A program made the translations under genes and the position numbers. A stretch of DNA of 61,513 nucleotides, the filler included. It is 5 parts of 5 records of this genome, joined end to end, with 100 filler letters (N's around TTAATTAATTAA, not from the genome) between each part and the next. Parts side by side here need not be neighbours in the genome. Positions count along the whole stretch, not along the records: positions 29,267 to 40,452 come from DRR378314_853; positions 40,553 to 54,842 come from DRR378314_860; 3 more parts are not named here. One strand, written 5' to 3'. Below are positions 31,526-43,361 of this stretch, piece after piece. Each line of letters opens with the position of its first letter. Within the stretch, counting starts at the first letter, position 1. The notes beneath the pieces were generated by a model. The model had not been told where the DNA came from, made no database searches, and was given only the letters and a program-made list of their open reading frames with translations.

Positions 31526-32929
31526 GTGTCCGAGGAGCTTTGGAATCGCTGTTTGACTCGGCTGGAAGACGAACTGCCGTCCCAGCAATTCAACATGTGG
31601 ATCCGGCCGTTACAGGTGACGGCTTCCGAGGATGGCGGAGAATTGACGCTTTTCGCGCCTAATCGCTTCGTGGTCGACTGGGTTCGCGACAAATACGTGG
31701 AACGTATCAGCGAGGTGCTGGGCGAGCTGAAGAGCGGCCCCCTGCCCCAGTTACGGTTGGAAGTGGGCAGCTCCCGGGCCGCCCCGGCGCCCCGGCAACC
31801 GGAAGCCGGTGCCGCCCGTGGCCGCCCCGCCGACAGCCGCGCGGCGCCGGTGATCGAGCCCCGCGCCAAGGCGGTGTCGCCGGAGCTGGGCGGTGCCGCC
31901 AAACACCGCAGCAATCTGAATTCGGGCTTCACCTTTCTGACTTTCGTGGAAGGCAAGTCCAACCGCATGGCCTGCGCGGCGGCCCAGCAGGTGGCGGAGA
32001 ACCCGGCCAGCCACGGCTATAACCCGCTGCTGCTGTACGGCGGTGTGGGGCTCGGTAAGACCCACCTGATGCATGCGGTGGGCAACGAGCTGATGCGCCG
32101 CAACCCCAACGCCAAGGTGGTCTATCTGCACAGTGAGCGGTTCGTGGCGGACATGATCTCGGCGTTGCGGAATAAGACCATCAACGAGTTCAAGCGCTTC
32201 TACCGTTCGGTGGACGCCCTGCTGATTGATGATATTCAGTTTTTTGCAGGTAAGGAGCAGTCCCAGGAGGAGTTTTTCCACACCTTTAATGCGTTGTTGG
32301 AAAACGGGCAGCAAATCATCCTGACATGCGATAAATTCCCTAAGGAAGTGGACGGCCTTGAGGAACGGCTGAAAAGCCGGTTCGGGTGGGGGCTGTCGCA
32401 ACCGCTGGAGCCGCCGGAGTTGGAGACGCGGGTCGCGATCCTGAAGAAAAAGGCGGAAGAGGCGCGGGTCGAGCTGCCCAATGACGCGGCCTTCTTTATC
32501 GCCCAGCGGATCCGTTCCAATGTGCGGGAGCTGGAAGGCGCGCTGCGCCGTGTGATCGCCCATGTGCGCTTCACCGGGGCGCAGATCGATATCGGCCTGA
32601 TCAAGGAAGCGCTCAAGGATCTGATCGCCCTGCAGGCCCGCCAGATCAGCATCGACAATATCCAGCGCACGGTGGCGGAGTACTACAAGATCAAGGTGCC
32701 GGACCTGCACTCACCGCGGCGTACCCGCTCGGTGGCCAGGCCGCGCCAGGTGGCGATGGCGTTGTCCAAGGAGTTGACCAGCCATAGCCTGCCCGAGATC
32801 GGGGAAAGCTTCGGCGGCCGGGACCACACCACGGTATTGCATGCCTGCCGGAAGGTGCTGGAGCTGCGCGAATCCAATCCGGAAATAGAAGAAGATTATC
32901 AAAACCTCCTGAGGACCCTGACGTCCTGA
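31526..32929 (+). CDS. dnaA: Chromosomal replication initiator DnaA
   Basis: GTG start ([10 protein letters not shown]...FNMWIRPLQ), [37 protein letters not shown]. Confidence 0.98.
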   Translation: MSEELWNRCLTRLEDELPSQQFNMWIRPLQVTASEDGGELTLFAPNRFVVDWVRDKYVERISEVLGELKSGPLPQLRLEVGSSRAAPAPRQPEAGAARGRPADSRAAPVIEPRAKAVSPELGGAAKHRSNLNSGFTFLTFVEGKSNRMACAAAQQVAENPASHGYNPLLLYGGVGLGKTHLMHAVGNELMRRNPNAKVVYLHSERFVADMISALRNKTINEFKRFYRSVDALLIDDIQFFAGKEQSQEEFFHTFNALLENGQQIILTCDKFPKEVDGLEERLKSRFGWGLSQPLEPPELETRVAILKKKAEEARVELPNDAAFFIAQRIRSNVRELEGALRRVIAHVRFTGAQIDIGLIKEALKDLIALQARQISIDNIQRTVAEYYKIKVPDLHSPRRTRSVARPRQVAMALSKELTSHSLPEIGESFGGRDHTTVLHACRKVLELRESNPEIEEDYQNLLRTLTS

Positions 32930-32955
32930 CGGATCAACTGAAACGGGAAAGCGAC

Positions 32956-34056
32956 ATGAAATTCTCCATCAACCGTGAACAACTGCTCAAACCGCTACAG
33001 CAAGTTGCCGCGGTGGTCGAAAAACGCCAAACGCTGCCGGTTTTGTCCAATGTGCTCATGGAAGTGGGGGACGGCCAACTTTCCTTGACCGGCACCGACC
33101 TGGAACTGGAGCTGGTGGCGCGGTTGCCGCTGGAAGGTGAACACCAGGCCGGTGAAACCACGGTGCCGGCCCGCAAGCTGGTGGACATCGCCAAGAGCCT
33201 GCCGGCGGAGGCGGACATCCGCTTCGAGGTGGACGGCGAGAGAATGCTGGTGCGCTCCGGCCGCAGCCGTTTCTCCCTGGCCACTCTGCCCGCGTCCGAG
33301 TTTCCCAATCAGGAAGAGGACAACAGCGGTTCGGTGCTGGAGATCGCGCCCCATACCCTGCGTCAGTTGATCGACCATACCGCTTTCTCCATGGCCCAGC
33401 AGGACGTCCGCTACTACCTTAACGGCATGCTGTTCGAGCTGCGCTCCGGTATGCTGCGGGCGGTGTCCACCGACGGTCACCGCCTGGCGCTGTGCGACGC
33501 GGCCCTGGAAGGCCAGAGCGAGGAAGCCGGCGTGATCCTGCCCCGCAAGGGTGTCATGGAGCTGGCGCGGATCCTGTCCGACGCGGCGGAGAACGCACGC
33601 CTCACCCTGGGCCGTAACCACATTCGCATTGTAGCCGGATCGATTACCTTTACCTCCAAACTGGTGGACGGCAAGTTCCCGGAGTACGAACGCGTGATTC
33701 CCAAGGACGGCAGCCGGGTGGTGATGGCTGATCGGGAAACGCTGCGCCAGGCGCTGAGCCGGGTGGCGATTCTTTCCAACGAGAAGTATCGCGGTGTGCG
33801 GGTGCAGCTTTCCGAAGGCAGCCTGCGTATCGTCGCCAACAACCCGGAGCAGGAAGAAGCGGAAGAGGAAGTGTCCGTGGACTACCAGGGTGGCCCCCTG
33901 GAGATCGGCTTCAATGTCAGCTACCTGCTCGATGTCCTCAACACCATGGACGGCACCCAGGCCCGCCTGGAACTGGGCGACAGCAACAGCAGTGCTCTGA
34001 TCACCGATCCGGAGCACGAGGCGGCCATTTATGTGGTTATGCCGATGCGCCTCTAG
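32956..34056 (+). CDS. dnaN: DNA polymerase III beta sliding clamp
   Basis: MKFSINREQLLKPLQ, TDLELE, QQDVRYYLNG, STDGHRLA, YVVMPMRL. Confidence 0.98.
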   Translation: MKFSINREQLLKPLQQVAAVVEKRQTLPVLSNVLMEVGDGQLSLTGTDLELELVARLPLEGEHQAGETTVPARKLVDIAKSLPAEADIRFEVDGERMLVRSGRSRFSLATLPASEFPNQEEDNSGSVLEIAPHTLRQLIDHTAFSMAQQDVRYYLNGMLFELRSGMLRAVSTDGHRLALCDAALEGQSEEAGVILPRKGVMELARILSDAAENARLTLGRNHIRIVAGSITFTSKLVDGKFPEYERVIPKDGSRVVMADRETLRQALSRVAILSNEKYRGVRVQLSEGSLRIVANNPEQEEAEEEVSVDYQGGPLEIGFNVSYLLDVLNTMDGTQARLELGDSNSSALITDPEHEAAIYVVMPMRL

Positions 34057-34128
34057 GGCGCGCCCCCTGCCAAGCACCGGCGCCTGCTTTCAGCGGGCGC
34101 CCACTCTTCCCCGCCTTCTTGCCCTTTC

Positions 34129-35229
34129 ATGCTAGCTGATCTGCGACTCACGGATTTCCGTAACTATCAGCAGGCGGAGCTTTCGCCGGCGCCGGGACTG
34201 AATCTGATTGTCGGCGCCAACGGCAGCGGCAAAACCAGTCTGCTGGAAGCCATCTACTTTATCGGCAGTGGCGGCCGCTCCTTTCGCGGCGGCCGGTTGT
34301 CCCGGCTGGTCCGCGACGGCGCCGACGCCGCCACCCTGTTCGCCCGCGTGGAGATTGGTGAAAACCATCACCGGCTTGGCATTCGCCGCGCCCCCGGCGG
34401 CATCCAGTCGCTGAAGCTCAATGGCGCCACGCCAGGTGCCCTGAGCGATGTGGCCGCCCTGCTTCCTGTGCTGGCGTTGCACCCCCAGTCGGTGGAGTTG
34501 ATCTTCGGGCCCTCCGCTCTGCGCCGGCGGTTTCTGGACTGGGGAATGTTCCACGTGGAACATTCCTTCCTGCCGGTGTGGAAGGAAGCCAGCGCCGCCC
34601 TGAAGCAGCGCAATGCCCTGCTGCGCAGCGGCCGGGTAACCCCCCGGGAGTTGGGCTATTGGGACCAGAAACTGGCGGCCAGTTCTGATAGTATTGAACG
34701 GTTACGTGATGGGTATCTGCAGCGGCTGAAAAGCCGCTGGCTGGAAGCGATGGCGTTGCTCGCTCCGGAGATCAAAGGCGGGCTGGTTTTGCAGACCGGG
34801 CGCCGGGAGGGCGAATCCTATCTGGACGCCCTGGCCCGCTCCCGCGATGAAGATTTGCGTCGCGGGTTTACCCACACCGGCTTTCACCGTGCCGAGCTCA
34901 AGATCACGGCGGGTGGCAGCCTTGCCCGGGACCGGGTGTCCCGAGGCCAGGCCAAGATCATGACCTACGGCCTGGTGCTGGCCCAGCTTCCCCTGATCCA
35001 GGAGGCCGGGAAGGTCTGCACGCTGCTGGTGGATGATCTGGGCTCTGAACTGGATCAGACCCACCGGGCCACGTTGCTGGGGTTTCTGGCGGCGGGATCA
35101 CACCAAACATTGATAACGGCGGTGGACAGGGAGCACCTGGACCCCGCTTTTGATGAGCATAAGGGCGCTGCGGCCCGAATGTTCCACGTGGAACATGGCC
35201 GTGTTCAGCGGATATCGGACGATCCATAA
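34129..35229 (+). CDS. recF: DNA replication/repair protein RecF
   Basis: DFRNY, GANGSGKTSLLEAI, RRRFLDWG, SRGQAK, LVDDLGSELD. Lies between dnaN and gyrB. Confidence 0.96.
   Translation: MLADLRLTDFRNYQQAELSPAPGLNLIVGANGSGKTSLLEAIYFIGSGGRSFRGGRLSRLVRDGADAATLFARVEIGENHHRLGIRRAPGGIQSLKLNGATPGALSDVAALLPVLALHPQSVELIFGPSALRRRFLDWGMFHVEHSFLPVWKEASAALKQRNALLRSGRVTPRELGYWDQKLAASSDSIERLRDGYLQRLKSRWLEAMALLAPEIKGGLVLQTGRREGESYLDALARSRDEDLRRGFTHTGFHRAELKITAGGSLARDRVSRGQAKIMTYGLVLAQLPLIQEAGKVCTLLVDDLGSELDQTHRATLLGFLAAGSHQTLITAVDREHLDPAFDEHKGAAARMFHVEHGRVQRISDDP
34547..34562. promoter_or_regulatory. parS (ParB-binding centromere-like site) inside recF
   Basis: TGTTCCACGTGGAACA, a perfect palindrome matching the parS consensus TGTTNCACGTGAAACA; it extends to 24 bp (34543-34566). 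Confidence 0.9.
35180..35195. promoter_or_regulatory. Second parS site at the 3' end of recF
   Basis: Identical TGTTCCACGTGGAACA. Confidence 0.9.
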
Positions 35230-37653
<2,424 letters not shown>

Positions 37654-37692
37654 AAAAAACAGAAGGGAGCAACCGGGCGGGCGCCCGGTTGC
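37654..37692 (-). terminator. Intrinsic terminator between convergent gyrB and the hns-family gene
   Basis: Stem GCAACCGGGCG/CGCCCGGTTGC (37669-37692) with a T-rich run downstream on the minus strand. Confidence 0.65.
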
Positions 37693-37713
37693 CTGGCTCT
37701 CAAACCGGCGGGG

Positions 37714-38076
37714 TTAAACCGCGAAATCTTCCAGCTTGGCGCCGTTTTCCAGGGCTTCGCGCAGCCACACCGGGCGCTTGCCACGGCCGGTCCAGGTTTG
37801 CGAGCTGTCGTTCGGGTTGCGGTATTTCACCTTGGCGGGCTTGCGAACGCCTGCTTTCTTCTTGCGGGCGGTGGTTTTGCGAGCCGCCTTCTTCTGCCGG
37901 CTGGCTTTTTCCTGCAGCAGGTCATCCACGGAAACGCCGAGATCCTTGGCGATCTTGGAAATTTCCGCCTGGGCGCTTTTCACCGCGTCGAGACGTTTCT
38001 TCTCGAGCTTTTTCTCAGCCTGCTTGATCAGTTTTTCCAGTTCCGCGACAGAAAGATCGTCAAGATTGATAGTCAT
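37714..38076 (-). CDS. H-NS family nucleoid-associated protein
   Basis: N-terminal coiled coil and C-terminal KYRNPNDSSQTWTGRGKRPVWL DNA-binding motif. Confidence 0.93.
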   Translation of the reverse strand: MTINLDDLSVAELEKLIKQAEKKLEKKRLDAVKSAQAEISKIAKDLGVSVDDLLQEKASRQKKAARKTTARKKKAGVRKPAKVKYRNPNDSSQTWTGRGKRPVWLREALENGAKLEDFAV

Positions 38077-38147
38077 TTTCGGTGGTCCTTAATAGATAGG
38101 GTCGGCCTTGTGCGGGAAACTGTAGTTATTATTAGAAAAAAACGCAA

Positions 38148-38906
38148 TTACGCTTTCGGGGTTTTGGCCGGTTCACCGGGATAATGTTCAAAAATCCATT
38201 GTTCCGCCAGCCGGGTAACGGTTTTTGCGTCTTTATCCTCGGTATTAATGGGCGGGCTGATACGCAAAATAATTTCACCGGGCAAGCGCAGCCAGGAACG
38301 GGCCGGCCAGCAATCGCCGCTGTTATGACTGATCGCCACCACCGGCACCTTGTTACGGCAGGCGAGTAACGAACCGCCGTGATTAAAATGGCCCAAAGTA
38401 CCGGGTTTCTGTCGGGAGCCTTCCGGATAAATCACCACCGGAATGCCGTCCTTAAGACGCTCGGCGCCCTGCTCCAAAACCGCTTTCAGTGCCGCCCTGC
38501 CCTTGCCGCGATCAATGCGAATCGGATTAAGCAGCGCCAGGCCCCAGCCGAAAAACGGCAGCCACAGCAGTTCCCGTTTCAGCACCGTGGCCTGGGGTGA
38601 GATCAATAATTGCAGATAAAAGGTTTCCCAACTGCTCTGGTGGTTGGCGATTATCACCATCGGCCCGTCCTGCAAATGCTCGCGGCCCTCCACCCGAATA
38701 CGCACGCCGTTGAGACGGCCGAGCAGCCACATGGCGAAGCGGGTCCAGATATTCACAAAACGGTAACGTTGATCGCGGGGGAGAAACCAGCCAATCAGCA
38801 GGCAGTTGAGACCATGGACAATGCCCACCGCGTTGTAGATAACGAAAAACAGCACACTGCGAATGCGGATGCCCCAACTGGGCGGGCCACCGGCGGGTTC
38901 TTTCAT
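38148..38906 (-). CDS. 1-acyl-sn-glycerol-3-phosphate (lysophospholipid) acyltransferase, PlsC family
   Basis: IANHQSSWET, LKRELLWLPFFGWGL, IDR, IYPEGSR. Overlaps the end of gmhB. Confidence 0.9.
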   Translation of the reverse strand: MKEPAGGPPSWGIRIRSVLFFVIYNAVGIVHGLNCLLIGWFLPRDQRYRFVNIWTRFAMWLLGRLNGVRIRVEGREHLQDGPMVIIANHQSSWETFYLQLLISPQATVLKRELLWLPFFGWGLALLNPIRIDRGKGRAALKAVLEQGAERLKDGIPVVIYPEGSRQKPGTLGHFNHGGSLLACRNKVPVVAISHNSGDCWPARSWLRLPGEIILRISPPINTEDKDAKTVTRLAEQWIFEHYPGEPAKTPKA

Positions 38907-39457
38907 GAAGGGTCCTTGAGAAACTGATCGACGAACCCGGCCAGGGAATCGTAAACATCCACCGGGCCCAGGGTTTCCGGCAAGCCTTTGTCGAGGGTGC
39001 GCCGGCCCTTGCCGGTCAGCACCAGCACCGGGCGGCAGCCGCGCGCGACGCCGGCTTCCAGGTCCCTCAGACTATCACCAACCATGGGGACACCGGTGAC
39101 ATCGCCATACTCGGCAACAATTTGGTCAATCAGTCCCGGCAACGGTTTGCGGCAGGCGCAGCCGTCGTCCGGACCGTGGGGACAGAAAAACACGCCGGAA
39201 AGCCGGGCCCCGGCGCCCTCCAGGTGGGCCGCCATGGTGCGGTGAATGGCGTCCAGGCCGGCCTGATCGAAATAGCCCCGTGCCAGCCCGGATTGGTTGG
39301 TGGCCACCACCACGCGGTACCCGGCGTGGTTAAGCCGGGCGATGGCGGCCGCGCTGCCGGGCAGCGGGCGCCACTCCTCGGGGGTTTTGATGTAGGCGTC
39401 GGAGTCTTCGTTAATCACCCCGTCGCGGTCGAGAATAACCAGTTTGGATGCGTTCAT
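38903..39457 (-). CDS. gmhB: D,D-heptose 1,7-bisphosphate phosphatase (HAD family)
   Basis: ILDRDGVINEDS, ATNQSGLARG, CPHGPDDGCACRKP, VGDSLRDL. Confidence 0.93.
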   Translation of the reverse strand: MNASKLVILDRDGVINEDSDAYIKTPEEWRPLPGSAAAIARLNHAGYRVVVATNQSGLARGYFDQAGLDAIHRTMAAHLEGAGARLSGVFFCPHGPDDGCACRKPLPGLIDQIVAEYGDVTGVPMVGDSLRDLEAGVARGCRPVLVLTGKGRRTLDKGLPETLGPVDVYDSLAGFVDQFLKDPS

Positions 39458-39488
39458 GGGCGGCAGTATATCAGGCCCGGGCACCGTA

Positions 39489-40283
39489 TCAGGCCATGGT
39501 GTCGACGATTCCGCCTTCCACCCGCAGGGCCGCCCCGGTGGTGGCGGACGCCTGGGGCGAGGCCGCGTACACCGACATATTGGCCACCTCTTCCACTTCG
39601 GCCACCCGCTGGATGATCGAGCTGGGGCGCGCTTCCTGGATAAACTGCTTCTCCATTTCCTGCTCGGACAGGCCGCGCTGCTCCGCCATGCTCTTCAGCA
39701 TCTTGCGCACGCCCTCGGAGCGGGTCGGCCCGGGCAGGATGGCGTTCACCGTGACACCGGTACCGGCCAGCACCTTGGCCAGGCCCCGGGAAATGGACTG
39801 CACGGCGGTTTTGGTCATGCCGTAGTGGACCATTTCGGTGGGAATATTCAGCGCCGATTCGCTGGACAGGAACTGAATGCGGCCCCAACCCCGGTCGCGC
39901 ATGCCCCGGGCATAGTGGCGGGACAGCCGCACCGCGCTCATCACGTTGATCTGGAAGAACCGCTCCCAGTCGTCGTCGTCGATATCGAAGAAGCCCTTGG
40001 GCTCGAAGATGCCCACGTTATTGACCAGGATATCCGCGTCCGGATGGGCGTCGATCAGCGCCTGGCAGCCGTCGGCCCGGCCCAGATCGGCGGCGACGCC
40101 CTCGATGCCGTCGCTCTTGGTCTCCTGCTTGAGAGCGTCGATCGCCTGGTTCACCCGTTCCTGGGTGCGGCCGGTGATCACCACGTCCGCGCCGGCCAGG
40201 GCCAGGCCGCGGGCGATACCGAAACCAATACCGGCGGTGGAGCCGGAAACGATCGCTTTCTTGCCTGAGAGGTCAATGCGCAT
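39489..40283 (-). CDS. Short-chain dehydrogenase/reductase (SDR)
   Basis: SGSTAGIG, ILVNNVGI, catalytic YGMTK, VNAILPGPT. Confidence 0.92.
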   Translation of the reverse strand: MRIDLSGKKAIVSGSTAGIGFGIARGLALAGADVVITGRTQERVNQAIDALKQETKSDGIEGVAADLGRADGCQALIDAHPDADILVNNVGIFEPKGFFDIDDDDWERFFQINVMSAVRLSRHYARGMRDRGWGRIQFLSSESALNIPTEMVHYGMTKTAVQSISRGLAKVLAGTGVTVNAILPGPTRSEGVRKMLKSMAEQRGLSEQEMEKQFIQEARPSSIIQRVAEVEEVANMSVYAASPQASATTGAALRVEGGIVDTMA

Positions 40284-40452
40284 GGGGACTCCTTCGAGTT
40301 AAGCGGAATTACCCTATGCAGTGGCGCCGAGGTGAGAACTTCTCAAGGGCCAAGCCCCACAAATCTTGCTTCGTAGACGCCCATTGCGGTGTGCTCCCAA
40401 TGGAGGTTCGATCTCGGTGCCGGTGTCCAGGACTGTGTGAGGCAGGGAGCCG

Positions 40453-40552
40453 NNNNNNNNNNNNNNNNNNNNNNNNNNNNNNNNNNNNNNNNNNNNTTAA
40501 TTAATTAANNNNNNNNNNNNNNNNNNNNNNNNNNNNNNNNNNNNNNNNNNNN
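40453..40552. other. Artificial contig-joining spacer
   Basis: 44 N + TTAATTAATTAA + 44 N. Confidence 0.98.
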
Positions 40553-40582
40553 GCCTTTCGCTTGCAGGGCAAGCTCCCACAA
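40553..40582 (-). repeat. REP-like extragenic palindrome
   Basis: Reverse complement TTGTGGGAGCTTGCCCTGCAAGCGAAAGGC, hairpin GCTTGC-CCT-GCAAGC. Same family as 8091-8120. Confidence 0.72.
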
Positions 40583-40589
40583 GGCCCGC

Positions 40590-41105
40590 CTAGAAGTTGA
40601 GGACGCGGGCGCGCTCGGCGGTGTCGCGGCTGTGCACGCTGAGGATCAGCTGATCTTCCAGGGCGAAGCGCTCCTCGAGCATTTCGGTGAGCCGGGTCAG
40701 CCGCTCGGGCAGCACCTCCAGCTGGCTCAGGCAGTGGTCGTCGGTGTCGAAGTCCTCATTGAAGGCCAGCGCCTCCTCCGTGGAGGGGTCCAGCTGATGC
40801 AGAATCCGCGAGGCCAGATTGATGGTCCCGCCGCGGTGGGCGGCGCCCAGGCGCGCCTCGCGGACCAGTTCCTGGTAGATCTCGAAGTGGCCGGCGCTGA
40901 TGTAGTCCATCAGCAACTGGCAGAATTCGCGCACCTGATTCTGGATCGAGCCGGGGCGCTGGAAGCCCTCCAGGCCCTGGATCGAGCAGAGCAGAACCAG
41001 CAGGCGGCGGCGTTGCTCCAGCCAGGCGTGCAGCAGGGCTTCAATGCGCCGCCAGCGGTCCAGGGCGGCGGACGGGTGCAGAGCCGGGGAGTGGGGCGTG
41101 GCCAT
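40590..41105 (-). CDS. rsd: Regulator of sigma-70, Rsd/AlgQ family
   Basis: WLEQRRRLLV, FCQLLMDYISAGHFEIYQEL, LEERFALEDQLI. Confidence 0.92.
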   Translation of the reverse strand: MATPHSPALHPSAALDRWRRIEALLHAWLEQRRRLLVLLCSIQGLEGFQRPGSIQNQVREFCQLLMDYISAGHFEIYQELVREARLGAAHRGGTINLASRILHQLDPSTEEALAFNEDFDTDDHCLSQLEVLPERLTRLTEMLEERFALEDQLILSVHSRDTAERARVLNF

Positions 41106-41325
41106 GGGGTCGCTCCTTGCGGTATCGCGCGCTTTTCATTGGACGGGTATTGAGGCTAGCGCCGCTGTTCGCGGCGAGGCAATGGCGATCTCCCGGCACC
41201 GGCGGCGCCGGCCGGCGCGGCGGGAGAAAACGGCTTTTCGATCAGAGGCTTACCGTGAAAGACCGTTTCTTCATTAGAGGCGGGGCTTTAGGAGAGCGGG
41301 CGAATAACGCCGCCGGCCGCGGCGT

Positions 41326-42039
41326 TCAGCCCGGGAACAGCCAGGGGCTGATCAGCGGCCACAGCCAGGGCAGCGCCAGCGCCGTGACCAGGCCGGTCAG
41401 GCCCAGGGCCAGGCCGGCGAAGGCGCCGGCTTTCTCGCTGAATTCGAACGCCCGGGCGGTGCCGATGGCGTGGGCCACCAGGCCCAGCGCGAAGCCGCGA
41501 ATGCGGTCGTCCTTGACCCCCAGCACGCGAAACACCAGGCCGCCCACCAGCGCGCCGACGATCCCGGTGATGGCCACCGCGCCGGCGGCCAGGGACACAT
41601 AGCCGCCGGTGCTTTTCACCACCTCCACCGCGATCGGCGTGGTGATCGATTTCGGCGCCAGCGAGCCCACCACCGCCTCCGGCGCCCCCAGCAGCCAGGC
41701 CAGATAGATGGAAATGCCGGCGGCCAGCGCCGCGCCGATAAAGGTGGTGATCAGGATCGGACGCCACACGCTGCGCACCGTGTGCAGCTGGCGATAGAGC
41801 GGCCAGGCCAGCGCCACGGTGGCCGGCCCGAGCAGGAAGGAGAGCACCTGGGTCTGGTCGCGGTACTCGTTGTAGGACACGCCCACCAGGGGCAGCACCA
41901 CGATCACCGGGATCGAGGCGACGATAAAGGGGTGGAACAGCGGCAGGCTGTGCACCTTGCCGTACAGCCAGGTGGCCATGCGGTAACTGGCCAGGGTGAG
42001 CAGCAGCCCGAACAGCGGCGAGTGAACCAGATCAGCCAT
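41326..42039 (-). CDS. LrgB/CidB family membrane protein
   Basis: LLGPATVALAWPLY, SLAPKSITTPIA, GLVAHAIGTARA. Confidence 0.92.
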   Translation of the reverse strand: MADLVHSPLFGLLLTLASYRMATWLYGKVHSLPLFHPFIVASIPVIVVLPLVGVSYNEYRDQTQVLSFLLGPATVALAWPLYRQLHTVRSVWRPILITTFIGAALAAGISIYLAWLLGAPEAVVGSLAPKSITTPIAVEVVKSTGGYVSLAAGAVAITGIVGALVGGLVFRVLGVKDDRIRGFALGLVAHAIGTARAFEFSEKAGAFAGLALGLTGLVTALALPWLWPLISPWLFPG

Positions 42040-42406
42040 CGGCACGGCCTCCTCGCTGGCCGGCTTTGCCGCGCTCGCGCAGCAGCAACTTGAGCAGCAG
42101 GGTGACCAGCACCAGCGCCAGGATGGTACCGAAGATCACCGCCACGGTGAGCGCCAGCGCGTAGTCGCTGTAACGCTCCCACTGCAGCACGATGCCCACG
42201 CCGAGCGGAAAGATCAGCAGGCTGATATGACGGATCAGGGCGCCGGAGGCGTCCGCCACCCGGTCGCTGTAGGGAACGCTGAACATCAGCGCCAGCAGAA
42301 GCAGCACCATGCCCACCACCGGGGCGGGCAGCGGCAGGCCGGTGAAATGAATCACCAGCTCACCGAGAAATTGAAACAGAAGCAGAATCAGCAGGCCGTC
42401 GACCAT
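42032..42406 (-). CDS. CidA/LrgA family holin-like protein
   Basis: FQFLGE, LPAPVVGMVLLL, ISLLIFPLGVG. Overlaps the start of lrgB. Confidence 0.9.
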   Translation of the reverse strand: MVDGLLILLLFQFLGELVIHFTGLPLPAPVVGMVLLLLALMFSVPYSDRVADASGALIRHISLLIFPLGVGIVLQWERYSDYALALTVAVIFGTILALVLVTLLLKLLLRERGKAGQRGGRADG

Positions 42407-42463
42407 CGGGCGGATCTCCCAAACGCAAAGACCCGCGCCGAAGGTGCGGAGAAGGCGGCTCGC

Positions 42464-42967
42464 TCAGCCCCGGCGCGGGCGCAGCAATTGTATCAGAGCC
42501 ACCACCAGCACGCCCCCGAACACCACCAGCGACCAGCCGGGAATGGTCAGGCCGAGGAAACGCCAGCTGATTTCGGCGCATTCGCCGGAGCCGGACAGCA
42601 CCTGGGTGAGCACGTCGGTGAGCGGGAAGGCGTCCAGCATGTAATCCAGATTGGGGCCGCAGGCGGGCACCTCGTCGGCGGGCAGGCTTTGCAGCCACAG
42701 GTGGCGCAGGGCGATGCCGGCGCCGGCCAGGGTGGCGATGGCGGTCAGCAGCGCGTAGATACGCACGCCGACGCCGCGCGGGCCGTGCAGGGTGGCGACC
42801 AGCAATACCGCCGCCACCACCATCAGCGCAATGCGCTGAAAGATGCACAGGGGGCAGGGTTCCAGGCCTTCGACATGCTGCATGTAGAGCGCGCCGGCAA
42901 GCGCCGCCAGGCAGCCAAGCAGGGTGAGTCCGTTAAGCGCACGGGGGCTGGGAAGAAGGGACGACAT
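42464..42967 (-). CDS. dsbB: Disulfide bond formation protein DsbB
   Basis: [37 protein letters not shown]. Confidence 0.94.
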   Translation of the reverse strand: MSSLLPSPRALNGLTLLGCLAALAGALYMQHVEGLEPCPLCIFQRIALMVVAAVLLVATLHGPRGVGVRIYALLTAIATLAGAGIALRHLWLQSLPADEVPACGPNLDYMLDAFPLTDVLTQVLSGSGECAEISWRFLGLTIPGWSLVVFGGVLVVALIQLLRPRRG

Positions 42968-43015
42968 GGTTGTTTTTCCTTGTTTGAATCCGGCAAGCGT
43001 CAACGCACCCTAAGC

Positions 43016-43054
43016 AAAACCCCGCCGCCGGACAAGCGGCCCGGCGGCGGGGTT
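43016..43054 (-). terminator. Intrinsic terminator after the rmf-like ORF
   Basis: 14-bp stem AACCCCGCCGCCGG/CCGGCGGCGGGGTT ending in TTTT on the minus strand. Confidence 0.75.
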
Positions 43055-43073
43055 CTGGGGGGCTCTGTTACCT

Positions 43074-43265
43074 TCAGACGCTGCGCGAGGCGGCGGGTTC
43101 CCGGTGGTGATGCCAGGCGGCGGCGCCGGCGTCCCAACCTTGCACCCACCACTCCTCCAGCGCCTCATCCTGGTAAGGACACTGGTCCACGCGACCGCCG
43201 GCCATGCCCCACATGCAGCCGCGGTTGTAGGCTTTTTCGAACGGATCGGATGACGGATCAAACAT
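43074..43265 (-). CDS. Ribosome modulation factor-like small protein
   Basis: 63 aa: FEKAYNRG..G..G...DQCPY......WW.QGW..G, the RMF pattern A..RGY.AG..G.....CPY......W..GW. Strong RBS (AAGGAGG) and its own terminator. Confidence 0.7.
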   Translation of the reverse strand: MFDPSSDPFEKAYNRGCMWGMAGGRVDQCPYQDEALEEWWVQGWDAGAAAWHHHREPAASRSV

Positions 43266-43361
43266 AACTATCCCTCCTTCAACGGGGGCAGACTAGCACC
43301 GCTGAAGGTCGTCGCTAGTACCATTGATGTACAGAAAACGACCATTCGTCAGAATATAGGC

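Noticed and set aside
40403-40415. tRNA T-arm-like GAGGTTCGATCTC
   Set aside because: No acceptor stem, anticodon arm or CCA can be built around it.
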